DNA from: Eledone cirrhosa
Lineage: Eukaryota
Assembly (NCBI GenBank): GCA_964016885.1
Contig: CAXHJY010001603.1
Span: 1-64,000 of the forward strand
DNA length: 64,000 nt
Direction: 5' to 3'
Part shown: positions 11,206 to 23,722 of the stretch, piece by piece
Numbering within the stretch: the first letter of the stretch is position 1
Layout: each line of letters begins with the position of its first letter
Position numbers and translations under genes: made by a program
The notes under the pieces: model-generated
Seen by the model: the letters and a program-made list of their open reading frames with translations, nothing else
What the model was told of the DNA's origin: nothing
Databases searched by the model: none

Positions 11206-13536
11206 CTATTGGGGTGATAACCCGTTTAGTTTTGGTTTAAATTTGTTAAGGAATAGATTTTCTTTGTTTATTCTTTGTTGCTGTGTGAACGAATCTGAGC
11301 ACTTGTAGAAGGGGAAGATTTTAAAGTTGGGTAGTGTCATTCCTGCGCAGTTCGCAATATGGCTGCTCAGGGGGATTTTTCTTGTGTTAGCGTCCCGGAT
11401 TTGTTGGCGGTGGATGGTCATTCTTTTGCGTAATGAGGTGCCCGTCTGTCCTATGTAGTTGTGTTGGCACCCACCGCAAGTTATTGCGTAAATCAAGTTC
11501 TCCGAGTTGCAGGTGAAATTGTTTTTTACTGTAAATGTTTGGCCATCTTTGAATGTAAATGTTTGTCCTTCAGTGAGGTAGAGGCACGTTCCACAGTTTG
11601 TTCTACCACATTTGGTAACTGTAGGGTTGAGGATTGGTTTGGGTATATTTGGTCCAGTGAGAATGCGTTTAAGTGATTTGGGTTGTCTTTTACTTTTAAG
11701 GATCTTGTGTCTTTCAAGAATAGACTTCATTTTTGCATCTTTAAGTAGGATGGGGAGGTTTTTGTGTAGGTGATCAAACATTTCGGTATTTCTGGGGTTG
11801 AAAGTGGATACATATGGCAGGGTGTTGAGTGTGGTTTTCTGTTTTGGATTGTTAAGTTGATGGGGATTTAGGTGTTTTGCCCTGTCTATTCCATTGTTGA
11901 TTATTTCAAGTGGAAAGGCTCTTAAGATAAGGGTGTCTTTTAGTTTTTTTAGTCTTTGCTCCCGTTTAGGTGGATCTGATACTATGGTACATATACGTTT
12001 GGCCAAATTGTAAGGAATGTTAAGTTTTGTATGTTTTGGGTGACTTGATGTGAAAAAGAGGTATTGCTTGGAATCTGTGGGTTTATAGAATATATCTGTA
12101 TCTAATTTCCCGTCTATTACAGAGATGAGAATGTCCAAGAAGGCTAATTCCTTAGGATTGGATTCCATTGTGAATTGTATGTTATTATCTATGTTGTCTA
12201 TCATGTTTTTAAACGTAGTAAGTGAGTTCATGTCTTCTTGCCATAGGATAAAGCAGTCGTCTAGATATCTTTTCCAATTGGCTTTGAGGTGTGTGTGGAA
12301 AGAGTCTCCAAATAAGAGAAGGGACTGACTGTATATTTGTTGTTCATGGAATCCCATGACTAGGTTGGCATATGTGGGTGCTACTTTCGTGCCCATTGCC
12401 GTACCTGATACTTGTCTGTATGTTGAACCATTGAATGTGAAGTAGTTATTTTGTAGGATAAAGCGGAGTCCGTCAGTGATAAAATCTGTGTTGATGCGTG
12501 TCGGTATTTCTGATGGGTGTGTGTTAAGCCAGTATTGGACTGCTGTTATTCCATAGTTGTGAGGTATGTTTGTGTAGAGGTTTATTACGTCAAAGGAGAC
12601 AAGAATTGTATTTGCACTTACTGTTTTAGGGAGGTGTTTCAGCATGTCAAGGTCATCTCGTATGTAGCTCTGTATATGTTGTAGAAAGGGTTTCAGTAGG
12701 ATGTCCAGAAAGTTGCTAAGTCTGTGGGTTTCACATGTAGGGCCTGCTATAATTGGCCTGAGTTTTAGATCTTCTGGTGGTGTTAGTTAAATGTAATTGT
12801 TGGTTGAGGTGTCACATGCATCGTTTATGGGTTTACATTTGTGAAGTTTCGGTAAGCCGTAAAAAGAGCTTGTATTGCATTTGAAGTGGCTTATATAGTT
12901 AAACTCTTTTGTGGTTAAGCTGTTGCGGTATTTATTCAGTAAGGTCAAAAGGTTCCCCATTGTTTTGGTGTGTTTGTAGTTTTCTGTTTTTTCATAGTAT
13001 GTGTTGTTTTCTAAAATGTTAAGTGCGAGGGTCCTATAGTAGTCCGTATTCATAATGACAACAGTACTGCCTTTATCGGCTTCTTTGATAGTTATCTCAG
13101 GGTTGTTTCTAAGTGTGAATAATTCTTCCCATTCGTGTGTAGATAGGTTTGATTTCGTGTGTTTATTTGTAATTTTTTCATAGGGAAAGTTGGTGATGTG
13201 TTCGCAGTACGTGTCCAGTGCTTTATTTCTTCCCTTTTGTGGGCAGAAATTGCTTTTATTTCTAACCAGTGGTTCGTCTTCAGTGTTGGTGTCGTTGTGG
13301 AAGAATTCCGTTAGTCGCAGCTTTCGGCAGTATTCCATGATGTCATCCTTCATTTCGGGGAAGTTTGGTTTACGTGGTGTAGGTGTAAATTTCAGGCCCT
13401 TACTTAAAATGTTGATTTGTGTGTTGGTTAGAGGTGTCTTTGAGAGGTTGATTATTTTTGGTTTCTCCTGAGGGGGGGCCATCGAGTATCCTGGTATTTC
13501 AGGCTTTTCCCTAAAAAAGGAATGTAGTTTTGTGTG
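11206..13536 (-). pseudogene. PLE RT/GIY-YIG polyprotein with one in-frame TAA (12787-12789)
   Basis: LSKGLKFTPTP, KEADKGSTVV, FYGLPKLHK, [stop]LTPPEDLKLRPIIAG, SFDVINLYTNIP, GTAMGT, RYLDD, CGRTNCGTC linker, LIYAITC..YIGQT. The two track ORFs are in the same frame. Confidence 0.92.
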
Positions 13537-13826
13537 TGATTTACGCAATAACTTGCGGTGGGTGCCAACACAACTACATAGGACAGACGGGCACCTCATT
13601 ACGCAAAAGAATGACCATCCACCGCCAACAAATCCGGGACGCTAACACAAGAAAAATCCCCCTGAGCAGCCATATTGCGAACTGCGCAGGAATGACACTA
13701 CCCAACTTTAAAATCTTCCCCTTCTACAAGTGCTCAGATTCGTTCACACAGCAACAAAGAATAAACAAAGAAAATCTATTCCTTAACAAATTTAAACCAA
13801 AACTAAACGGGTTATCACCCCAATAG
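13537..13826 (+). pseudogene. Inverted duplicate of GIY-YIG C-terminus
   Basis: IYAITCGGCQHNYIGQT...GLSPQ is identical to the end of ORF 11206-12645. Confidence 0.9.
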
Positions 13827-14160
13827 AATTGTCATAAAATATAAACACACATACGCACGGAATCACTACTATTAAAGACCAGAGACCAATTCTGTAGAAT
13901 CAGGTTTATTCATTGACAGACCATGCCTTTGTGTGACCAACACATCCATGTTAAACCCTGCACGTGCACACACATATATCTATATCTATATATATATATA
14001 TATATATATATGTGCGCACACAGAATTCACCACTGTCGGTTGCGGGGCCCAATCTACATGAAGAACTCAATGTGATCAGAATGACTTGTATTTTAATTTC
14101 ACTGCCCCAACTTCTTATATTATGGAAAAAATATATGTGTCTGTATGTATATATATATAT

Positions 14161-15450
14161 ATATATATGTGAATATAGACATAGAATATTCGAAAATATT
14201 CTGTATGTTTATAATAAACATTTTGAAGACCTAATCGCTATAGAATAGAATACGTCACGTATTACAATTAGATTCTCGATAAAAGCAAGGGAAGTAATCT
14301 ACGCGTTTCATTCTCGTTAGAAATCATCAGGACTACATATCCAGTGCTTTTATCGAGAATGACACAGCTAGAGACTTATAGAATACTTAGCTGTGTACAG
14401 GAACTGGTTTGAAAGAGCGGTTGCCGGTCCGGCAGAAATTAGAAATTGGAATAAATGCTCTGAAATAGCGATATATATGTGAATATAGACATAGAATATT
14501 CGAAAATATTCTGTATGTTTATAATAAACATTTTGAAGACCTAATCGCTATAGAATAGAATACGTCACGTATTACAATTAGATTCTCGATAAAAGCAAGG
14601 GAAGTAATCTACGCGTTTCATTCTCGTTAGAAATCATCAGGACTACATATCCAGTGCTTTTATCGAGAATGACACAGCTAGAGACTTATAGAATACTTAG
14701 CTGTGTACAGGAACTGGTTTGAAAGAGCGGTTGCCGGTCCGGCAGAAATTAGAAATTGGAATAAATGCTCTGAAATAGCGATATATATGTGAATATAGAC
14801 ATAGAATATTCGAAAATATTCTGTATGTTTATAATAAACATTTTGAAGACCTAATCGCTATAGAATAGAATACGTCACGTATTACAATTAGATTCTCGAT
14901 AAAAGCAAGGGAAGTAATCTACGCGTTTCATTCTCGTTAGAAATCATCAGGACTACATATCCAGTGCTTTTATCGAGAATGACACAGCTAGAGACTTATA
15001 GAATACTTAGCTGTGTACAGGAACTGGTTTGAAAGAGCGGTTGCCGGTCCGGCAGAAATTAGAAATTGGAATAAATGCTCTGAAATAGCGATATATATGT
15101 GAATATAGACATAGAATATTCGAAAATATTCTGTATGTTTATAATAAACATTTTGAAGACCTAATCGCTATAGAATAGAATACGTCACGTATTACAATTA
15201 GATTCTCGATAAAAGCAAGGGAAGTAATCTACGCGTTTCATTCTCGTTAGAAATCATCAGGACTACATATCCAGTGCTTTTATCGAGAATGACACAGCTA
15301 GAGACTTATAGAATACTTAGCTGTGTACAGGAACTGGTTTGAAAGAGCGGTTGCCGGTCCGGCAGAAATTAGAAATTGGAATAAATGCTCTGAAATAGCG
15401 ATATATATGTGAATATAGACATAGAATATTCGAAAATATTCTGTATGTTT
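14161..15450 (-). repeat. 310-bp tandem array, ~4.2 units, HHR on minus strand (retrozyme-like)
   Basis: Unit starts at 14161, 14471, 14781, 15091 and 15401; HHRs at 14294-14336 plus 310n (4 copies). Confidence 0.95.
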
Positions 15451-17553
15451 AAGTCTCTAGCTGTGTCATTCTCGATAAAAGCACTGGATATGTAGTCCTG
15501 ATGATTTCTAACGAGAATGAAACGCGTAGATTACTTCCCTTGCTTTTATCGAGAATCTAATTGTAATACGTGACGTATTCTATTCTATAGCGATTAGGTC
15601 TTCAAAATGTTTATTATAAACATACAGAATATTTTCGAATATTCTATGTCTATATTCACATATATATCGCTATTTCAGAGCATTTATTCCAATTTCTAAT
15701 TTCTGCCGGACCGGCAACCGCTCTTTCAAACCAGTTCCTGTACACAGCTAAGTATTCTATAAGTCTCTAGCTGTGTCATTCTCGATAAAAGCACTGGATA
15801 TGTAGTCCTGATGATTTCTAACGAGAATGAAACGCGTAGATTACTTCCCTTGCTTTTATCGAGAATCTAATTGTAATACGTGACGTATTCTATTCTATAG
15901 CGATTAGGTCTTCAAAATGTTTATTATAAACATACAGAATATTTTCGAATATTCTATGTCTATATTCACATATATATCGCTATTTCAGAGCATTTATTCC
16001 AATTTCTAATTTCTGCCGGACCGGCAACCGCTCTTTCAAACCAGTTCCTGTACACAGCTAAGTATTCTATAAGTCTCTAGCTGTGTCATTCTCGATAAAA
16101 GCACTGGATATGTAGTCCTGATGATTTCTAACGAGAATGAAACGCGTAGATTACTTCCCTTGCTTTTATCGAGAATCTAATTGTAATACGTGACGTATTC
16201 TATTCTATAGCGATTAGGTCTTCAAAATGTTTATTATAAACATACAGAATATTTTCGAATATTCTATGTCTATATTCACATATATATCGCTATTTCAGAG
16301 CATTTATTCCAATTTCTAATTTCTGCCGGACCGGCAACCGCTCTTTCAAACCAGTTCCTGTACACAGCTAAGTATTCTATAAGTCTCTAGCTGTGTCATT
16401 CTCGATAAAAGCACTGGATATGTAGTCCTGATGATTTCTAACGAGAATGAAACGCGTAGATTACTTCCCTTGCTTTTATCGAGAATCTAATTGTAATACG
16501 TGACGTATTCTATTCTATAGCGATTAGGTCTTCAAAATGTTTATTATAAACATACAGAATATTTTCGAATATTCTATGTCTATATTCACATATATATCGC
16601 TATTTCAGAGCATTTATTCCAATTTCTAATTTCTGCCGGACCGGCAACCGCTCTTTCAAACCAGTTCCTGTACACAGCTAAGTATTCTATAAGTCTCTAG
16701 CTGTGTCATTCTCGATAAAAGCACTGGATATGTAGTCCTGATGATTTCTAACGAGAATGAAACGCGTAGATTACTTCCCTTGCTTTTATCGAGAATCTAA
16801 TTGTAATACGTGACGTATTCTATTCTATAGCGATTAGGTCTTCAAAATGTTTATTATAAACATACAGAATATTTTCGAATATTCTATGTCTATATTCACA
16901 TATATATCGCTATTTCAGAGCATTTATTCCAATTTCTAATTTCTGCCGGACCGGCAACCGCTCTTTCAAACCAGTTCCTGTACACAGCTAAGTATTCTAT
17001 AAGTCTCTAGCTGTGTCATTCTCGATAAAAGCACTGGATATGTAGTCCTGATGATTTCTAACGAGAATGAAACGCGTAGATTACTTCCCTTGCTTTTATC
17101 GAGAATCTAATTGTAATACGTGACGTATTCTATTCTATAGCGATTAGGTCTTCAAAATGTTTATTATAAACATACAGAATATTTTCGAATATTCTATGTC
17201 TATATTCACATATATATCGCTATTTCAGAGCATTTATTCCAATTTCTAATTTCTGCCGGACCGGCAACCGCTCTTTCAAACCAGTTCCTGTACACAGCTA
17301 AGTATTCTATAAGTCTCTAGCTGTGTCATTCTCGATAAAAGCACTGGATATGTAGTCCTGATGATTTCTAACGAGAATGAAACGCGTAGATTACTTCCCT
17401 TGCTTTTATCGAGAATCTAATTGTAATACGTGACGTATTCTATTCTATAGCGATTAGGTCTTCAAAATGTTTATTATAAACATACAGAATATTTTCGAAT
17501 ATTCTATGTCTATATTCACATATATATCGCTATTTCAGAGCATTTATTCCAAT
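15451..17553 (+). repeat. 310-bp tandem array, ~6.8 units, HHR on plus strand (retrozyme-like)
   Basis: aagtctctag at 15451, 15761, 16071, 16381, 16691, 17001 and 17311; reverse complement of the left block's unit; 7 HHRs. Confidence 0.95.
15492..15534 (+). ncRNA. Type I hammerhead ribozyme of the 310-nt monomer (representative of 11 copies)
   Basis: gtagtc-CTGATGA-tttctaacgagaat-GAAAC-gc-GTA^gattac; palindromic helix III ACGCGT; stem I extended by 16-bp attctcgataaaagca/tgcttttatcgagaat. Confidence 0.92.
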
Positions 17554-17569
17554 ATATATATATATATAT

Positions 17570-17857
17570 TTGAAGGCCATTTCTCTGTGTGTGGGTGTAT
17601 GTATGTGTATATGTGTGTGTGTGTGTATGTGTGTGCATGTGGATGTATGTATTGTGTGTGCGTGTGTGTGTGTGTGTGTGTATGTATGTGGGTATCTGGA
17701 TGTATGCGTATGTGTATATATATATATATGTATGCGTGTGTGTGTGTGTGTGTATATATATGTGTGTGTATGTGTGTATATATATGTGTGTGTGTGTGTA
17801 TGTTTGTATGTGTGTATGTATATATATATGTGTGTGTGTGTGTATGTATGTGTGGGG

Positions 17858-17935
<78 letters not shown>

Positions 17936-17974
17936 ATGTATGTGTGTATCTGGATGTATGTGTATGTATATATA

Positions 17975-18029
<55 letters not shown>

Positions 18030-18094
18030 ATGTGTATATATGTGTGTGTGTGTATGTGTGTATGTATATGTATGTGTGTGTGTATGTATGTGTG

Positions 18095-18133
<39 letters not shown>

Positions 18134-18640
18134 GTATATGTATATGTATGTATGTGTGGATGAAGGTATGTGTGTATATATAGGTGTAAGTGCACTAAAT
18201 CCCTTTCTATCACGCTCCACTCTCCTACCCACCACAAGAAGATATGTGTATGTATATTGCTTCCACCCCCTCACTGACCAGCAGCTGGCCAGCTGGTGAT
18301 TGCTAAATCTGACCTTTATAAAATAACCCACACCCCAAATAACTTCTCATTCACTACCAGAAAGGGACACAGCAGTCAACCTGTTGTTGCTACCTAGATG
18401 AAAACTGCTATGAAATCCCACAATGAATTTTATACTTGAATTTTCAAGTCTCAAATTTTAACTCTTCGTATTATTAATTTTTCTTAATATTAATCAACAT
18501 TTGAAAAGATGGCTTTTGCAGACCCATCGAAACCGGTCATTTTTTATACCCTTTATTATTTCCTTACCTTATAAAATTATGTTTTTTCACAAAAAAGTAT
18601 TCTGTCTCTTATATATTCCATGTGCCATTACCAACCTCAA

Positions 18641-18645
<5 letters not shown>
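17570..18645 (+). mobile_element. Right arm of large inverted repeat (HHR at 18496-18543)
   Basis: Mirror of 10199-10832 with an expanded TG/TA microsatellite. Confidence 0.9.
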
Positions 18646-18726
<81 letters not shown>

Positions 18727-18732
<6 letters not shown>

Positions 18733-20045
18733 ATACTTTGGGAGGGTCATGTTGCCAATAAGAAACACACGCACCAGTTGCTTTCACTTCAATTTATTAT
18801 AATAAATTTATAAATTTAGGAATTTATAAATTTCCGGTGGGTTGGTTGGTTCCACAACCAGAGGGTTGTTTATATATTGTCAAAGTTCTTTCGTCACACA
18901 TTCTGTGACCTCTTCAGTGACTGGGGATTCTTTTCTTTGTTTTTGTACCTCTCCTTTGTTCTGTCCTACGCCATCTTGTTTCTGTGTGTGTGTTGTGCGC
19001 TCAGTCTGCGCATGCGCCACATCCGGGTGTCTGTGTGTGTTTATATTCGTTTATTTATTTGTTTATTTACATGTTACAGGTTGGTTGTTTGTTCTATGTG
19101 CGTGTGTGTTTTCATTTTGTCCTTAATTGTAAGTTGTGATGTTGTTGTTCCACTCATATTTTCTATTTAATTTTGGTTGTAATTCTTTTATGTTTATTGC
19201 CTCTGTGATTTGTCTAAACATTGCCTCTTTTCTCTGTGTAGATTCTATTTTTATTTCTATGTTCTCTAATTTACCCTTATGTTCTATTTTAGCATGTTGG
19301 TAGAGTACAGATGATTCTTTACTATCTTGAAGGTCTCGCCAGTGTTCATTTATCCGTTCCCCTACACTACGAGCTGTCTCACCTATGTACACTATATTTT
19401 TGTCTCTACATTGTCCTTCAATACATCTTATGCTATATACTACATTTCTAGTTTTACAGTTAATATGGGGGCTTAATTTACAGGTTATACATTTCTTATC
19501 TATACAGGGGGGTCTTTGAAAAGGGTATGTCTTGCTAATAAGTGTTTTTACGGAAGTACCTAGTCTTTCTACTATCTTAATATTGAGTTTATGTTTATCT
19601 AGGGCCCTTCTAAATTTGTAAGCTAATTCACCTCTAGGGGTTGTATCGATGAACATTACACTCTGGTATTTATTGCTATCATACCATGAGTTTATTCTAT
19701 TAGCCTTATTCCTAGTTCTTTCTATTCTATTCCAAAATTTACTCCTATACAAGGAGCAGGTCCCATTTGTGTCATTATTTACCATTTTTTCCCATTTGGT
19801 TCTGGCTCCTCTATACACTCTGATTTTATCTCTCTGATTTTAACCAGAGAACTGCATACGGTGGATGAAGTGTTGTATGTGTCTCTCTAGTTCTTCGGGG
19901 TTGCACATGCGGGACACGTTTCTCATCACCCGTACCAAATCCGCAATCAGTATGTTGATTTTGGTATGGTCCGAAACAGGTGAGTTTCGGTGGATCAGAT
20001 ATTTGGAAGTCATGGGTTTGGCATAATGGGAATGGAGGATTTGTT
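18727..20045 (-). mobile_element. 5'-truncated PLE (RT C-terminus, GIY-YIG, 3' UTR with intact HHR at 18879-18921)
   Basis: QILHSHYAKP..., CIDKKCITC, NVVYSIRC...YIGETARSVGERINEH; rc gtca-CTGAAGA-ggtcac..gtgac-GAAAG-aa-CTT-tgac. Confidence 0.92.
19123..19818 (-). CDS. PLE GIY-YIG endonuclease-containing ORF fragment
   Basis: VVYSIRC/YIGETAR GIY-YIG motifs and a terminal LN motif. Confidence 0.8.
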   Translation of the reverse strand: MYRGARTKWEKMVNNDTNGTCSLYRSKFWNRIERTRNKANRINSWYDSNKYQSVMFIDTTPRGELAYKFRRALDKHKLNIKIVERLGTSVKTLISKTYPFQRPPCIDKKCITCKLSPHINCKTRNVVYSIRCIEGQCRDKNIVYIGETARSVGERINEHWRDLQDSKESSVLYQHAKIEHKGKLENIEIKIESTQRKEAMFRQITEAINIKELQPKLNRKYEWNNNITTYN

Positions 20046-20232
20046 TCAACAAAGGAAGGGAAATAAGCTGACAGATCTGTTTCACACTGTTGGTGTTCAT
20101 CAGAGCTTAGCACTCGCCAACCATTGCTGAAATTTATAGAGGCTTTTTTTAAATTAAACATACAGTATATTGCCAAATATACTATACATACATTCATGTA
20201 TACATCGCTATTTTAGAGCACCAATCCTAATA
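20045..20232. mobile_element. Diverged relative of the 310-bp retrozyme, fold-back; HHR at 20065-20108 on minus
   Basis: rc aagct-CTGATGA-acaccaacagtgt-GAAAC-agatct-GTC-agctt with extended stem I (tttcagcaa/ttgttgaaa). + strand taaacatacagtatatt...atcgctattttagagca matches the monomer. Confidence 0.75.
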
Positions 20233-21052
20233 TATATAAATATATATATAATGAAGGAATGAAGAGTAACATGGAATAGCTATACAGTAGGGTTTATTCC
20301 CAAGTATTAACATATGTTTCATTTGCTGGATGTTTCTAAAAATTGCTATCTGCAGTGCTTTTGTGACATTCGATCTTAAATACTGCTTTTACCAGCAAAA
20401 TGATCAAAATACTGTTTTATACAGCGATACTCAGATGTATAAATAATATCATGAAAAACAACACGATGAAAAGCGGAATGAAATAAGAAATAATAAGATA
20501 AAATAAAATAAAAAATATAATAACAAAAAAGTAAAAAATAAGAATATAAATATAGGTATATAGATGTGAAGATGAGAAGTAATAGGGTGAGAAACTATAA
20601 TAAAATACAGTAAAGTAAATCCAAAGATATATCAAAATTTATGAATGCAGAGATTTATATATCTGATGGGTAATAAAGATGGAGGGGTAAGATAGTGGAG
20701 GTATGCAAATGGCAATAATAAATGATTGATGCCATATGTGAGGGTAAGAGAATTGAAGGGGTGTATGTATAAAGATAGAATTCCTATTCAGTGTGGGAGT
20801 GTTCTTAGCTTGCCAGCTTCTCTTGCATCTGATTGGTTAAGAGTTTGTTCCTTGCATTTTATTGATTAATGGTACATCCTCTACTTTGATTACCTTATAG
20901 GATATATAATTTATATATATATATCCTATAAGGTAATCCACTACTTGGAGTACCCTAACTGGACTACATCTAAGTGGACTACCTATAACAATAATTTGTT
21001 ATCCCGTACATATATATAGATTGAGAAAATGCGAAGTAGTTTCAGTTGCGTC

Positions 21053-21120
<68 letters not shown>

Positions 21121-21127
<7 letters not shown>

Positions 21128-21412
21128 GTTAAATAAAAGTCAAATGATTAAAATTTAGCTTCGTTTATTACTGCTATATATATATTTCAGTGACAGCCAT
21201 CTTTGGCTGTGACCTCTGCCTGAAGAGGTCACAGCCAAAGATGGCTATCACTGAAATATATATAGCAGTAATAAACGAAGCTAAATTTTAATCATTTGAC
21301 TTTTATTTAACTTTATTTTACACTACTCCGGAGTAACCAAACCAACCTGCGCACTTCGTCGAGTGCTCCAGCCTGCATACTGAGGTGTTGGTATACAACC
21401 TACATAAACTCA
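21121..21412. mobile_element. ~200-bp near-perfect palindrome of an HHR element; HHR at 21216-21268 (+)
   Basis: 21121-21217 mirrors 21224-21318; ctgc-CTGAAGA-ggtcacagccaaagatggctatcact-GAAA-tatat-ATA-gcag. Confidence 0.85.
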
Positions 21413-21431
21413 ATATATATATATATATATA

Positions 21432-23722
21432 TATAACAATTTACTGGTGTGTATGAATATAACAGGAGACTCAGTTGTGTATATAAAGTTTTATTAACAA
21501 GTTGAAGTTATGTAGTATAGAATTGTTGACATGTCAAGAGTAGATGAAATATGAAGTAAAGTTATTTGTTACCCTTTTGTAATTAGCTCGCAAGAGACCA
21601 TGTTAGGGTTGCCAGAGAGTAGAGACTTGGCGAACGCGCCTGGCCGAAGGCCAGCAGCCGAAAGGGCAAATGAGAGAGAGATCGCTCTGAGTAGCTCTTT
21701 TATAGGGTCTCAAGACGGAAGTGACAAAAAGGGTTCTGCCACCCCAACGGGAAGTAACTCCAGCTACTTCCTGCCTAGAGAGCGTTAATCTATTGGTGAT
21801 GTGATCGTCACAACAAGGGAGGCAACTCTTGCTACATTATCTCCCGCCAGATTTTTAAAACATAAAAATCGAATGAACCATGTATGAAGTAAGATGGCGA
21901 GCATGTTGTCCTGTCATGAAAGTTACGAAAAAAATAATGTTTGCAATAAAAGGAAAACAGCAAAATATATGCATGCAAAAATCAATGATAGATATCAAAG
22001 TAGCCAACCGCTCTTGGCCACAGAACGACTGGACATTTATCTATCCATCACTCAAAGATACAATGTAATCAAAGTAAAAGAAGAGGTCAAAGTTCAAATG
22101 TTCAAAATACAGTTCACAGGTGTGCAATCACATGACAGCAGGAAAGAAAGTGTGTTCCAGAGAATGTATGCAGGTGGTTTCTGGTCTGTGGTATAACGTG
22201 AAATTTCCAACCAGGGATTTTCTCACAGGAAGAGTGCTGCAAAAATAAATTCTCTGGCTTGTTCTGCTGGTTATGGTTGTTGATGAAGCTGTGTTGTTGT
22301 TGTTGGTGTTGTTGTCTCGCGGAGTGAGCGTATTCGATGTTTAAATTCACAATAAAAATTTTCCAAGAAAAAATGAGTTGCGCAAAGTGCTAGAAATAAC
22401 AGCCAAAGTTGATGGTCGATGTTGAGAATGCGTTGACCTGGAAGGGTCAAGAGGTCAGCGACCAAAGAAATAAGCATTCTGAATAAATGCGCAGTTTTCA
22501 ACGGCAAATTTACGTGGTAAATTTTTAAACCGGCAAATAGGAGAATATAGCTTAAGGCTGGAGAATCCTTGGCAAGAAACATTATCTATGGCGTGTGGTA
22601 TCTCAGTGAGTCGAGATGTGTGCTGCCCACACGTGCCGAAACAAGGTTAAAGTCAAGTCGAAAAAAATATATTTCTATGGCGTGTGGTATCTCAGTGAGT
22701 CGAGATGTGTGCTGCCCACACGTGCCAAAACTCGTGTGTGAACGTGATAATATGATGAAACAGAAAGAAAGGCTTCACTTGGTATAACAAATATGGCGAG
22801 TTCAACTTTTTTGTGAACGATGAAAAAAGCTTGGCGGAAAGAATAAGCAATAGCTGAGATTCAGCGAAATAAATGTTCATGTTGAAATGTGTAAAAAAAA
22901 AAAAAAATCAAATTTCCCTTTTATTTTTTAAATGTTCGTTGTAAGAAGAAACGAAAAACATATATATACATCCAGTGAAATGCGACACATAGTTGATGTG
23001 CGACACGTGCGTGAAAGGCAACATTTTCTGTTTATTTTGCTTGCTGAGAAAAAAATTTTTTTCTGATGTGTTCGTTATAAGACAGTGTATGCGGAGAGAA
23101 ATCCTTGTCTAAGGAGGGATTTCTTAGTCCGAAAAAAAAATATCACGTTAGGTGAGAGAAGAAGAGTCTGTCTGAACGAGAATTTCACATGTGTGTGTGT
23201 TCGTTTCTGTGTCTTTGTTAATAAAGTTTGCTGCGTATTCGAAATGTTGGTCAACACATTCCAACGAAAATGGGGTACTACTAATTAATTTTTTTATATA
23301 TATTCACACAACACCAGATCCTATAATTTTTTTCTTTTTTCGGGGTCACCACTTATAACAAAATACTGGTGTGTATGAATATAACAAGAGACTCAGTTGT
23401 GTATATAAAGTTTTATTAACAAGTTGAAGTTATGTAGTATAGAATGTTGACATGTCAAGAGTAGATGAAATATGAAGTAAAGTTATTTGTTACCGTTTTG
23501 TAGTTAGCTCGCAAGAGACCATGTTAGGGTTGCCAGAGAGTAGAAACTCGGCGAACGCGCCTGGCCGAAAGGGCAAATGAGAGAGAGATCGCTCTGAGTA
23601 TCCCTTTTATAGGGTCTCAAGACGGAAGTGACAAAAAGGTTTCTGCCACCCCAACTACTTCCTGTCTAGAGAGCGTTAATCTATTGGTGATGTGATCGTC
23701 ACAACAAGGAGGCAACTCTTGC

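Larger units (their letters stand above)
10860..14150 (-). mobile_element. Neptune-like PLE, 5'-truncated, with inverted duplicate of its 3' end, inserted in (TA)n
   Basis: Main copy 10860-13536 on minus. 13537-14150 is a near-identical + strand copy of the GIY-YIG end and 3' UTR. Confidence 0.92.

Noticed and set aside
12787-12789. Recoded stop (selenocysteine, as in some Naiad PLEs)
   Set aside because: The stop is TAA (and TAG at 42781), not TGA; the endonuclease is C-terminal; no convincing SECIS seen.
15720-15735. Pol III B-box-like TTTCAAACC in the 310-mer
   Set aside because: Not conserved in the 318-nt relative, and no A-box found.
14161-17553. CRISPR-like array or protein-coding repeat
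   Set aside because: Units are contiguous and identical with no spacers, there is no cas gene, the context is eukaryotic, and the unit has no ORF.
20893-20938. Hairpin gattaccttataggatata/tatatcctataaggtaatc (also ggtaggtc/gacctacc at 719-760)
   Set aside because: Real but short and not assignable to any element or function.
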